Shown here: positions 31,841-41,418 of the stretch, in pieces
Position numbering within the stretch: the first letter of the stretch is position 1
Layout of the letters: every line of letters begins with the position of its first letter
Sequence record: SRR22947727_4385
Length of the DNA stretch: 53,713 bases
Reading direction: 5' to 3' (one strand)
Made by a program: the position numbers and the translations under genes
Notes under the pieces: model-generated
What the model was told of the DNA's origin: nothing
What the model saw: the letters and a program-made list of their open reading frames with translations, nothing else
The model's database searches: none

Positions 31841-31985
31841 CGCCTAACTTCAAACCAACACACAAAAAGATAAAACACGTCGATTGCAGCCTATACCATA
31901 AGTCCAAAAAATCCAATCTCTGCGTTAGAAGCGGGGGACAGAAAAACCTTGCGCGATTGCAGGCTTTTTCTCTTCTTGACCAGGG

Positions 31986-32585
31986 CTAGCCGCCAAGCAG
32001 CAGCGCATAACCCACAAAGCCCACCGTCAGCGCCGCAAGAGCGCACATAAACCAACGTTCGGCGCGCTGGCCTGAGATCAGAGAGGCAATACGATCGCCA
32101 AAAAACGTCCAGATTGGGTGGCATATCAACTGAATACCCATCAACGTAATGGCAATCCAAAACGTGGCTTGCAGACTGGGCGTTCCGGGATCGACAAAAC
32201 TGGTAAACCCCGCCACGATCATCGCCCAAGCTTTAGGGTTCAGCGGATGTACCCATAAACCGGCGATAAAACCTGGCGCCGCCCCAGCGCCTCCGTTTGT
32301 CGATAACCGCATATTCGCCACCCGCCATGCGAGCCAAATAATGTAAGCCGCCGAGATGAATTTAAGCGCCACAAACAGGCCAGGCAACGTATCAGATAAG
32401 CGCATGAGGCCAAACCCAATCGGCCAAATGATCAGCTGCTTGCCAAGCACCACGCCCGCCACAAACGGCAGCGCCGCGCGGAACCCATAGGCGGCCCCTG
32501 TGCTGAGCATGGCCATATTTGCCGGACCCGGCGTTGCAATTTGTGAGGCGGCAAAGGCCGCAAAGGCGCCCAGAGAAACTGCCAT
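31986..32585 (-). CDS. LysE-family amino acid exporter
   Basis: TPGPAN, YGFR.ALP, YIIWLAW, LNPKAW. Confidence 0.9.
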   Translation of the reverse strand: MAVSLGAFAAFAASQIATPGPANMAMLSTGAAYGFRAALPFVAGVVLGKQLIIWPIGFGLMRLSDTLPGLFVALKFISAAYIIWLAWRVANMRLSTNGGAGAAPGFIAGLWVHPLNPKAWAMIVAGFTSFVDPGTPSLQATFWIAITLMGIQLICHPIWTFFGDRIASLISGQRAERWFMCALAALTVGFVGYALLLGG

Positions 32586-32617
32586 TTTTATCCTTCCAAA
32601 CGCCTCACGATAAAACC

Positions 32618-32646
32618 AAAAAAAGGGACCGGCAATGCCGATCCCT
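32618..32646 (-). terminator. Rho-independent terminator of rplU-rpmA
   Basis: Minus strand AGGGATCGGC-ATT-GCCGGTCCCT hairpin followed by a T run. Confidence 0.75.
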
Positions 32647-32677
32647 AAATCATCAAAATGTAAGGCAGCGATGCCGT

Positions 32678-32947
32678 TTATTCAGCCGCTTTAGCCGCTG
32701 GCAAAACAGAAATAAACGTGCGGCCTTTGAACCCTTTGTGGAAGGTTACATTGCCTTCAGTGGTTGCAAAGATCGTGTGATCCTTGCCTTCACCAACGCC
32801 CTCACCCGGCCACCATTTATTGCCGCGCTGACGCACGATAATATTGCCAGGGATCGCCAATTGACCACCGTAAAGTTTCACACCAAGGCGACGTCCGCCT
32901 GAGTCGCGACCGTTGCGGGATGAACCGCCTGCTTTTTTATGTGCCAT
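32678..32947 (-). CDS. rpmA: 50S ribosomal protein L27
   Basis: [39 protein letters not shown]. Confidence 0.99.
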   Translation of the reverse strand: MAHKKAGGSSRNGRDSGGRRLGVKLYGGQLAIPGNIIVRQRGNKWWPGEGVGEGKDHTIFATTEGNVTFHKGFKGRTFISVLPAAKAAE

Positions 32948-32965
32948 CTGATCGTGCTCCTTTTC

Positions 32966-33631
32966 TTATGCCAAATCTTTGGCTTGGGCGATCCAGCCCT
33001 CTTTTTCGATCTTGCCCTTCAACGCCAGTTCGGCATCCACGGAGGCAACATCTTCTGGGCTCCAGCCGGCGATCTGTGCAAAGCTGGTAACGCCACCGGC
33101 AACCAATTTCTTTTCAAGCGCTGGGCCAACTCCGGATAATTTTTTCAAATCATCGGCAGCTTTATCAGCGGCAGGCGCGGCGGCTTTCGCAGGTGCCGCT
33201 TGCGCCGGGGCCGCTTTGGCTGCTGCCTTTGCGGGCGCTTTTGCGGCTTTCGGGGCCGCAGTCGCCGCCGGTGCAGACCCTGCGCCTAAGGCCGCTTTTA
33301 CGCCAGACTTGCCGGCGCCTGAGGCCAGAATTTCAGTGATCCGCAACAGCGTAAGCTGCTGGCGATGCCCTTTGGTGCGCTGCGAGCTATGCTTCCGGCG
33401 ACGCTTCACAAAGTTAATCGTCTTGTTGCCTTTGATCTGATCGACCACATCCGCTTGCACAGCAGCATCTGCCACCATAGGCGCCCCAACAACCGGGCTT
33501 TCGCCACCAATCATCAGTATATCGTTAAATTGAACTGTCTCTCCAGCATCGGCAGCCAGTTTTTCAACGCGGAGCATATCGCCCGATTGAACTTTATACT
33601 GCTTACCACCGGTTTTAAGAACCGCAAACAT
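32966..33631 (-). CDS. rplU: 50S ribosomal protein L21 with Ala/Lys/Pro linker and C-terminal HhH-like domain
   Basis: MFAVLKTGGKQYKV, KRRRKHS..GHRQ; extension ADDLKKLSGVGPALEKKL. Confidence 0.97.
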   Translation of the reverse strand: MFAVLKTGGKQYKVQSGDMLRVEKLAADAGETVQFNDILMIGGESPVVGAPMVADAAVQADVVDQIKGNKTINFVKRRRKHSSQRTKGHRQQLTLLRITEILASGAGKSGVKAALGAGSAPAATAAPKAAKAPAKAAAKAAPAQAAPAKAAAPAADKAADDLKKLSGVGPALEKKLVAGGVTSFAQIAGWSPEDVASVDAELALKGKIEKEGWIAQAKDLA

Positions 33632-33759
33632 ATAGTCTTCCTTTTATTGCCGCGTTCTTTGGCCTCCCTTTCGGGACGTTTTGGCTGGCAGCCACCTCGA
33701 ACAGCGCGCCCGATCAGGCGAATGTGAGATCAAATACAAATGCATCCAATGAAGCCGCG

Positions 33760-33788
33760 CTTATTGAGCAGTTGTTGTGCAAAGTCAA
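33760..33788 (-). promoter_or_regulatory. Putative sigma70 promoter of rplU-rpmA
   Basis: TTGACT-17 bp-AATAAG on the minus strand, about 130 nt upstream of rplU. Confidence 0.5.
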
Positions 33789-33808
33789 GGCCCTTGCAGC
33801 GGGCTTTT

Positions 33809-34621
33809 CTATAAATCCTGCGCCGAAAGCGCAGAGGCCGTAAATTGCCCCAGCTGCTCTGCATTTTCAGTGGTTAATTTATTAAACGTGTCAAACAAGG
33901 CCGCGTTCAAGGCCATTCCCTCGGGCGATGTTTGAAACGCAAGATAAGCGGTTAGCTCAGCATCGGAAAGCGGTGAATACGCCATATGCATATATCCCAA
34001 AAGCCACTCTTCAATTTCTTTGCTCAAGGCTTCTTGATCCGATTGCATCAATGTAAAAATTTGCCCCTGATCAAGCTTTAAAGCCTCGGCCTGTGAAAGG
34101 GCCTCCAGAAAGGCAAACCGCGCTTCGAATGCGCCGGCAAGGTTTTGTTTGACCCAATCCATCTCTTTGATCGCAGAGCGCAAAACCTGTGGCCGCCGTT
34201 TGCCCTGAGCTTCGGCCTCAAGCACCAGCTCGATCACATATTCTTCAATGGAAGGATCGGTGATCGCCCGACGCGCGCTTACCTCTAGCTGGCTTACCTG
34301 CACCCCCAAATCGCTGTTGTAAAACGCAATGAGCCTATCAGCTGAGGTTGCAGGCAAGGCCTTTGCAAACATCGCCTTGACCCGCGAGGTCAGGCTGTTT
34401 TTATCATAAATCTTGGCAATCGAGGTCCCAAAGCTGCCCCGTGTAACGCCCTGCAGATAGGCGTCTGCCGTAGCATTTGCATCGGCAAACCCTTCTTCGC
34501 TGACAATCTCGACCAGCTCATCTAAATGCAGCAATTGATAAAGCTGCTCAGAAGGCTGCGCAATCAGCGCCGCACAACTGCTCCAAAACAGCAATAAACT
34601 TACCTGAATGATCCGCATCAC
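33809..34621 (-). CDS. Exported DUF2059-like protein
   Basis: Signal peptide; two FY.SD.G / AY..LSD.EL.AY..F..SP.G type repeats. Confidence 0.7.
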   Translation of the reverse strand: MMRIIQVSLLLFWSSCAALIAQPSEQLYQLLHLDELVEIVSEEGFADANATADAYLQGVTRGSFGTSIAKIYDKNSLTSRVKAMFAKALPATSADRLIAFYNSDLGVQVSQLEVSARRAITDPSIEEYVIELVLEAEAQGKRRPQVLRSAIKEMDWVKQNLAGAFEARFAFLEALSQAEALKLDQGQIFTLMQSDQEALSKEIEEWLLGYMHMAYSPLSDAELTAYLAFQTSPEGMALNAALFDTFNKLTTENAEQLGQFTASALSAQDL

Positions 34622-35018
34622 AGCCCCCTTACCTCTTTAGAGAAAGCTAATCTAATCAGCGCAAATGGCAATGCTTGCACTTTCATAGATGTTAAAAGAG
34701 CATTTAAATTAAGCGATCTTAAACCCCGCGCCATTGACCCGCTGCCGCGTTGGTTTGTTTTGCATTACCAAACAAAAGCGACATAAGGGCTATGATCTAC
34801 GCGCTGCTGCATTGCATGGCGTGATCCAGAAATTTGCTAAGCTTTACAGCTTGTAAAAAGCCACGGCCCAAAATATTTCCGTCCAGCGCCAAAAACCTTC
34901 CGAAACAGTTTCTTTCAGCCGAGAGGTTGAACAGAAGAGAAAAGCCCATTGAGCAGTGGTTCTTTGTGACATATTCTGATTAAAGAGTTTGACTGAAAAC
35001 CACGTTAAAGGAAAAGAC

Positions 35019-36095
35019 ATGTCCGGTGTGCTAGCTTGCCAAGAAATTGCGGATTTGATTGAGCGGGGCGAGATTGCATCAGAGCCTGACATTATCCCTG
35101 CGCAAATCCAACCGGCAAGCCTTGACCTGCGGTTGGGAAACACTGCATGGCGGGTGCGCGCCTCGTTTTTGGCGGGAAAAAACGCCAAGGTTGAGCAGCG
35201 CCTAGCAGATTTTGAAATGCACCAAATAGATTTAAGCGCTGGCTATGTATTGGAAAAGGGCTGCGTGTATGTGGTGCCGTTAATGGAGCGGTTGAACCTG
35301 CCCCAAGACGTGCAAGCCGTCACCAACGCCAAAAGCTCGACCGGCCGCCTTGACCTGTTAACGCGCGTGATCACCGACCAAGGCACCGAATTTGACCGGA
35401 TACCCCCGGGATATCAAGGCCAACTTTACGCCGAAATTTGCCCCAGATCGTTTTCCGTCCTGGTGCGCCCCGGAATGCGCTTGAACCAGATAAGATTTCG
35501 AAGCGGCCAGGCCATTTTATCGGACAGCCAGTTGCTAGAGCTGCATAAGGCTGAAACATTGGTAAATGGTCCGGCGATCATCGATGATGGGTTGGGGTTT
35601 TCGGTCGACTTAAAACCGCGTCACGGCAGTTTGGTCGGATATCGTGCCAAGCCGCATACGGGCGTAATCGATTTGGAACAGATCGGAGCCTATGAACCGG
35701 CAGATTTTTGGGAAGAATTACACAGCGGCAACGGCCAAATTATTTTGGACCCGGGCGCATTTTATATTCTTGTTAGCCAAGAAGCGGTTCATATCCCGCC
35801 TGATTATGCCGCCGAAATGGCCCCGTTTCTGGCCATGGTGGGCGAATTTCGGGTGCATTATGCCGGTTTTTTCGATCCGGGCTTTGGCCATGACGCAGCC
35901 GGTGGCGGCGGCTCGCGTGGCGTTTTAGAAGTACGCTGCCATGAGGCCCCGTTTGTGCTTGAACATGGGCAAATCGTGGGGCGGTTGATTTACGAAAGAA
36001 TGCGCTGCCGGCCCAGCCAGATTTATGGTGCCGGCATTGCATCGAATTACCAGGGCCAAGGGTTGAAACTTTCCAAACATTTCAAAGCCGCTTGA
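35019..36095 (+). CDS. dcd: dCTP deaminase (alphaproteobacterial two-domain type)
   Basis: IQPASLDLRLG, NAKSSTGRLD, HYAGFFDPGFG, VLEVR, NYQGQGLKLSKHF. Start at ATG 35019. Confidence 0.93.
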   Translation: MSGVLACQEIADLIERGEIASEPDIIPAQIQPASLDLRLGNTAWRVRASFLAGKNAKVEQRLADFEMHQIDLSAGYVLEKGCVYVVPLMERLNLPQDVQAVTNAKSSTGRLDLLTRVITDQGTEFDRIPPGYQGQLYAEICPRSFSVLVRPGMRLNQIRFRSGQAILSDSQLLELHKAETLVNGPAIIDDGLGFSVDLKPRHGSLVGYRAKPHTGVIDLEQIGAYEPADFWEELHSGNGQIILDPGAFYILVSQEAVHIPPDYAAEMAPFLAMVGEFRVHYAGFFDPGFGHDAAGGGGSRGVLEVRCHEAPFVLEHGQIVGRLIYERMRCRPSQIYGAGIASNYQGQGLKLSKHFKAA

Positions 36096-36103
36096 CCGGC
36101 GAA

Positions 36104-36775
36104 TTACTCTTCCTCGAACAATTCGCTTTGCTCTTCGGGCTCTTCGCTCATGTCATACTCATCCTCTGACGGACCAGATGGATCAAGCCCCATGCCTGGC
36201 CGGCTTTCGAGCAATCCGGCGGCGCGTAATTCTTTAAGTCCGGGCAAGTCACGGGCGCTTTCCAAACCAAAATGATCGAGGAAATGCGGTGTCACCACGA
36301 ATGTGGTTGGCCGGCCCGGCGTCATGCGCCGCCGCCCAAATCGAATCCATTCCATTTCGAGCAATTGATCAACCGTGCCCCGCGAAACGCTGACACCGCG
36401 AATTTCCTCGATTTCCGCCCGCGTGACAGGTTGATGATAGGATATAATCGCCAAGGTTTCGATTGCCGCACGGCTCAGCTTGCGGGTTTCAACGGTTTCT
36501 TTTTGCATCAAAAAACCAAGATCAGCGGCGGTGCGAATGGCCCAGGCATCGCCAATTTTGACAACATGCACCCCGCGCCCCTCGTAGCGTTTTCTTATCC
36601 GAAGCAAAGCCTCGGCAGAATCGCAACCATGGGGCATGCGATCATTCAGTTGTTTCACCGTAATTGGCTCTGCACTGGCAAATAAAATAGCCTCAACCAT
36701 CCGCTCTTGCTCGCCCATCGGGGGGGCCTCGAACAAACTTTCTGAAGGGTGGTCATCACTCAGATCAGAGGTCAT
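36104..36775 (-). CDS. scpB: SMC-Scp complex subunit ScpB
   Basis: EAILFAS, LSRAAIETLAIISYHQPVTRAEIEEIRGV, PGRP, FLDHFGL..LP. Confidence 0.97.
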   Translation of the reverse strand: MTSDLSDDHPSESLFEAPPMGEQERMVEAILFASAEPITVKQLNDRMPHGCDSAEALLRIRKRYEGRGVHVVKIGDAWAIRTAADLGFLMQKETVETRKLSRAAIETLAIISYHQPVTRAEIEEIRGVSVSRGTVDQLLEMEWIRFGRRRMTPGRPTTFVVTPHFLDHFGLESARDLPGLKELRAAGLLESRPGMGLDPSGPSEDEYDMSEEPEEQSELFEEE

Positions 36776-37568
36776 TTGCAGCTCCGTCTTTCTTTCTTAA
36801 TTCAATCGCGGCAAAATTCTCTTCTTGCCGAATTTCAACATGGCCGGCCTTGGCCAGTTCGAGCGTGGCCGCAAATGTTGCGGCAGTGGCGGCGCGCCGG
36901 CGCTGAGGGTCAGCCAGCCAATCATTCGGGATATAACTGGCGATATCCGTCCATTTTGCCGCGTATCCGATCAGTCCATGCATGCGTTCCAGCGCCTCTT
37001 CCATCGTGAACACGTTGTTGCGATCCATCACAAAGGGGCGGAATTCATCGCGCGTGCGGATCCGCGAATAGGCTTGCATCAAATCCAATAAGGTTGCCGT
37101 ATAATTCACTTTTTTAACGCGCTCTACGGTCTCAGGCAGGCCGCGCACAAAAAAATCGCGGCCCTTTTGATCCCGCGCCATCAAGCGCGCTGCCGCGTCT
37201 CGCATGGCTTGCAAACGCTCCAATTGAAAGGCCAAATGCGCGGCAAGCTCTTCCCCGCTGGGGGCTTCATCCGAAGGGTCAGGCGGCAGCAAGAGCCGCG
37301 ATTTCAAAAAAGCCAGCCAAGCCGCCATCACAAGATAATCGGCCGCCAATTCTAAACGCAACGTTTTGGCGCGCTCGACAAAGGCCAGATATTGCCGCGC
37401 CAAGGTCAAAATGGAGATTTTCATCAAATCCACTTTCTGCGAGCGCGACAGCGTTAACAACAAATCTAACGGCCCTTCAAACCCATCCACATCCACGATC
37501 AAAGCTTCCGCGGCGAGGCGGTCTTCAACCGAAAGCGTGGCGTTACTTTGAGAGAATAGGTTTTGCAT
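36765..37568 (-). CDS. scpA: Segregation/condensation protein ScpA
   Basis: FEGPLDLLL, AADYLVMAAWLAFLKSRLLLP, FAATLELAK.G..Q. Confidence 0.97.
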   Translation of the reverse strand: MQNLFSQSNATLSVEDRLAAEALIVDVDGFEGPLDLLLTLSRSQKVDLMKISILTLARQYLAFVERAKTLRLELAADYLVMAAWLAFLKSRLLLPPDPSDEAPSGEELAAHLAFQLERLQAMRDAAARLMARDQKGRDFFVRGLPETVERVKKVNYTATLLDLMQAYSRIRTRDEFRPFVMDRNNVFTMEEALERMHGLIGYAAKWTDIASYIPNDWLADPQRRRAATAATFAATLELAKAGHVEIRQEENFAAIELRKKDGAANDL

Positions 37569-37618
37569 AAAGATCCTGCTAACTTACGCTCACAAGCTGC
37601 GCATTGGCGGCGGTGATG

Positions 37619-38590
37619 TCAACCATCCTTGGCTAAGGGTGCGCTGCGTCTGTGCAAGGCCGCGAAGGCACGCCGTTGTCCCTCCGGGCTTAAAACGCCG
37701 CTTGCCGCAGCGATTTGTTGCATGTCATCCAGCCCCCCATTACAATGCAAAATCACATCGCAGCCGGCGGCCAAAGCAGCCGTGCTGCGTTCTGCCAAGC
37801 TGCCCCCGAGCGCGTCCATAGAGATATCATCCGTCATCAAAAGGCCGTCAAACCCTATTTCTTCACGGATTAACGTGATCATTTTTGGGGAAATTGTAGC
37901 CGCAAGATCGTCAATCACCTCATAAACCACATGCGCACTCATTGCCATTGGCCAGTCTTTTAAAGCCGCAAAAGGCTTGAAATCATTATCGCGCAATTCG
38001 GCCAATGACGCGCCCACCCGTGGCAGCTGCAAATGGCTGTCAACACGCGCCAAGCCATGACCAGGCATATGTTTTAGAACGGGCAAAACGCCTTCATCGG
38101 CCAAGCCCTGGGCCGCGGCAGCCCCCATCATAGCCACCTGCGCCGCCTCATTGGAAAAACAACGATTTTGCAAAATAGGATGTGTTTCAGCGCGCGCAAT
38201 ATCCAGACAGGGCGCGCAATTCACATCAATCCCGTAGCCGCTTAATTCTCGTGCGATCGCTTGATAGCGGTCTTGAATATGCGCGGCGCGCTGTTCAGCC
38301 GGCAAATCGCGGCCATCTTCAAGCGGTGGCGGCCAATCGCGCGCCAAGGGGGGGCGCAATCGTTGAACCCGCCCGCCTTCTTGATCGATCAAAATCGGCG
38401 CGTGCCAACCGACGGCAGCGCGCAAGGATGCGCAGAGCGTTTTCAACTGATCGGCGCTGGTGATATTTCGCGCAAAGAGGATGAATCCAAATGGATTGGC
38501 GCGTTGAAAAAAACGTTCTTCTTCTGGATTAAGAACCGGCCCTGCGCAGCCAAAAATAAAGGGACCAAATTCGAGTTCTTGGCCTGCCAT
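37619..38590 (-). CDS. nagZ: Beta-N-acetylhexosaminidase (GH3)
   Basis: GFILFARN, DQEGGRVQR, KHMPGHG...DSH, MSAHV, TDDISM.AL. ATG 38590 overlaps the SPOR gene stop. Confidence 0.93.
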   Translation of the reverse strand: MAGQELEFGPFIFGCAGPVLNPEEERFFQRANPFGFILFARNITSADQLKTLCASLRAAVGWHAPILIDQEGGRVQRLRPPLARDWPPPLEDGRDLPAEQRAAHIQDRYQAIARELSGYGIDVNCAPCLDIARAETHPILQNRCFSNEAAQVAMMGAAAAQGLADEGVLPVLKHMPGHGLARVDSHLQLPRVGASLAELRDNDFKPFAALKDWPMAMSAHVVYEVIDDLAATISPKMITLIREEIGFDGLLMTDDISMDALGGSLAERSTAALAAGCDVILHCNGGLDDMQQIAAASGVLSPEGQRRAFAALHRRSAPLAKDG

Positions 38591-39513
38591 CACCGAGCAA
38601 GAATAGGAATACAATCCACATCGCCCGCCACCATCGTTGCACAAAAGCGCTTTGCATCATCGATATCGGCAAATCCTACAGCGCGCAGGCGATAAAAATC
38701 GCGGCCGCCACTGGTGGCTTTCACGATTAAACGATCCCGCCCGCGCATAAAGCTTGAAAACCTTTTGTCCAAGCGCTGCCATTCGGCCTTCGCAACCGCT
38801 TCACTGTCAAACGCGCCCAATTGCACCAACGCTGACCCTGCTGAGATATCCGACGGGCTCAAATCACGCACTGAGGCCACTTGCGCGGCGCGCGCTGAAC
38901 CGATGGGCGCCAGGTTTGATGGGCGTTTGGGTGGCCGGATTGCTTGCGCCAGCCCCACAGAGCTCTCATTGTTCTGCAATGCAAGCTTCAGCGCGTCTTC
39001 AATCGAGTCTGATTGCTTTCGTATCGTACCATCAGCCCGTAATGCTATACCGTCGCGTGCGCTGCTATCGTTCAAAAGATCATCGGGTAAATTGTTAATA
39101 TCAAGCGGTATCGGCGCATTCAAAACCACGCCGGAATTTTCTGAATTTTGGGCCCGTAAGGCCCCGCTCGCCAGATCATCTTCTGACAACGAAACCGGGC
39201 TTGGCGCCAGCATCACTTGATCGGGGGCTTTCGAGGCAACTTCTTCTGCAACCCGATTGACCGATAGGCCTTTGTTCTGCGCGGAAAGCCCGCCGGGATT
39301 TTCCGGCGCCACCCGCATCGGATCTGAAGACGCCTTAATCACCGGAACACCGCTGACATCGCGCATGATTGTTTGATAGGCCCACATTCCAATGGCAATC
39401 GCCAAAGCCAAGCTAAGCCCGGCCCCGATCCAGCTGGCAAACATGCCCACGCCCAATCCTGGGCGCTGGTCGGTCTGCGCGGTCGGTGCCTCTAAATGCT
39501 CGTACTCTGCCAT
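38590..39513 (-). CDS. SPOR domain cell-envelope protein
   Basis: Single N-terminal TM helix; C-terminal VQLGAF...W..L...FYRLRA.GF...A..FC...C SPOR domain. Confidence 0.9.
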   Translation of the reverse strand: MAEYEHLEAPTAQTDQRPGLGVGMFASWIGAGLSLALAIAIGMWAYQTIMRDVSGVPVIKASSDPMRVAPENPGGLSAQNKGLSVNRVAEEVASKAPDQVMLAPSPVSLSEDDLASGALRAQNSENSGVVLNAPIPLDINNLPDDLLNDSSARDGIALRADGTIRKQSDSIEDALKLALQNNESSVGLAQAIRPPKRPSNLAPIGSARAAQVASVRDLSPSDISAGSALVQLGAFDSEAVAKAEWQRLDKRFSSFMRGRDRLIVKATSGGRDFYRLRAVGFADIDDAKRFCATMVAGDVDCIPILAR

Positions 39514-39582
39514 TATGCCCTCCGATGAAAACGCTAAACGCCTCTCCGGTCTCTCTTTTGCTCGCCGGCAGCGATGGCTTTT

Positions 39583-41328
39583 CTAGCGCATTTCTTCTGC
39601 CGGATTTACGCCTAGAATACCAAGACCGGCAGAAATAACAACCGCTACCGCGCGTGCGAGGGCGATTTTTGATTGCGATGCTGCAGGATTGTCTTCCTGT
39701 AAAAAGCGCAGAGCTTCAACTTCATTGCCTTTATTCCAAAGACTGTGCAGATCGCTCGACAGTTCATAAAGGTAAAAGGCCACCCGATGCGGCTCATTTC
39801 CTTTCGCTGCAACCTCAACCAAACGCGGCCATTCGGCGATTTTGCGCGCGACGCTCAATTCTGAGGGGTGTTCCATTCCGCTTAGATTGGCGCGTAGCAA
39901 CGTGGCATCGTCAACCGCGATCCCTGCCGCCGTTGCGCGGCGCAAAACACTGCACACGCGCGCATGGGCATATTGCACGTAAAACACCGGATTTTCGCGG
40001 GATTGTTCAAGGACTTTGTCAAAATCAAAATCAAGCGGCGCGTCATTTTTGCGCGTTAGCATGACAAACCGCGCCACTTCTGCGCCCACCTGATCAATCA
40101 CATCGCGAAGCGTCACAAAAGTTCCGGCGCGCTTTGACATCTTGAACGGCGCGCCGTCTTTATACAGTTTGACCAATTGCGTCAGTTTGACATCAAACCC
40201 CGTTTGAGCATCCGATAACGCCGATACCGCCGCTTTCATCCGCTTGACATAACCACCATGATCCGCGCCGAACACGTCAATCAATTGATCATAGCCGCGC
40301 ATGACCTTATCATAATGATAGGCAATATCGGGGGCAAAATAGGTCCAACTGCCATCGGATTTCATTACCGGGCGATCCACGTCATCGCCATGTTCGGTCG
40401 ATTTGAACAGCGTTTGCTTACGCGGCTCCCAATCTTCGGGCGTTTTACCTTTCGGGGGCTCAAGCACGCCTTCATAGATCAACCCTTTGGCGCGCAAACT
40501 TTCGATTGCCGCTTCGATTTTTCCAGTACCATAAAGCGATTTTTCGCTGAAGAAACTGTCCATCGTGACGCCCAGCGCGGCCAGATCATCTTTGATCAAT
40601 TGCATCATCGCTTGGGTGGCAAAGGCGCGAATTTCGGCCAGCCAAATATCTTCGGGTTGCTCCAGATAGGCATCGCCAACTTTATCTTTCAGCGCCTGAC
40701 CAACCGGCACCAAATAATCCCCCGGATATGTGCCATCTTCAAAGGCAACCTCTTGGCCATGCGCCTCGAGATAGCGCAAGTAAACCGAGCGCGCCAAAAC
40801 ATCGACCTGCGCGCCGCCATCATTGATGTAATATTCGCGCGTCACATCAAAGCCCGCATAATCTAACAAATTGGCCAGCGCATCGCCAAACACGGCGCCA
40901 CGCGTATGCCCCACATGCAACGGGCCCGTGGGGTTGGCGCTGACAAATTCAACATTTACCGACCGTTTGTTTCCCAAATCGCTGCGGCCATAGGCAGCGC
41001 CATTTTCCAACACCTGCCCCACAAGCCCCTGCCAAACGCTTGTGCAAAGCGACAGATTGAGAAACCCTGGCCCCGCCACATCTGCCCCGGCAATCCTTGG
41101 ATCAGCCCTTAACAGAGGCGCCAATGCTTCGGCGATGGCGCGTGGCGATTGCCCCGAAGGCTTGGCCAAAACCATCGCCGCATTGGTGGCCATATCCCCA
41201 TGCAGCGGATCGCGGGGCGGCTCAACGGTGACGTTTGCATAGCTTAAGCCCTGCGGAAGCTGATCGGCTGCCACCATTTGATCCAGCGCGTGCACAACCA
41301 AAAGTCGAATATCGTGAAATAGGTTCAT
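39583..41328 (-). CDS. argS: Arginine--tRNA ligase
   Basis: [46 protein letters not shown]-terminal EEMR. Confidence 0.98.
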   Translation of the reverse strand: MNLFHDIRLLVVHALDQMVAADQLPQGLSYANVTVEPPRDPLHGDMATNAAMVLAKPSGQSPRAIAEALAPLLRADPRIAGADVAGPGFLNLSLCTSVWQGLVGQVLENGAAYGRSDLGNKRSVNVEFVSANPTGPLHVGHTRGAVFGDALANLLDYAGFDVTREYYINDGGAQVDVLARSVYLRYLEAHGQEVAFEDGTYPGDYLVPVGQALKDKVGDAYLEQPEDIWLAEIRAFATQAMMQLIKDDLAALGVTMDSFFSEKSLYGTGKIEAAIESLRAKGLIYEGVLEPPKGKTPEDWEPRKQTLFKSTEHGDDVDRPVMKSDGSWTYFAPDIAYHYDKVMRGYDQLIDVFGADHGGYVKRMKAAVSALSDAQTGFDVKLTQLVKLYKDGAPFKMSKRAGTFVTLRDVIDQVGAEVARFVMLTRKNDAPLDFDFDKVLEQSRENPVFYVQYAHARVCSVLRRATAAGIAVDDATLLRANLSGMEHPSELSVARKIAEWPRLVEVAAKGNEPHRVAFYLYELSSDLHSLWNKGNEVEALRFLQEDNPAASQSKIALARAVAVVISAGLGILGVNPAEEMR

Positions 41329-41418
41329 CTGAAGCCTTCCTCTGTCTTGGCGGGGGTGTAGCACGCGCTCCGGCTAGGTCAATCGCTGTTTCGCCGCGGA
41401 TCTGCGCTCTGGCCCCGT

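Noticed and set aside
34622-34900. Possible tRNA or CtrA boxes in a long intergenic region
   Set aside because: No cloverleaf or T-loop GTTCRA motif, and TTAA pairs are spaced 6 or 8 nt rather than the TTAA-N7-TTAA CtrA pattern.
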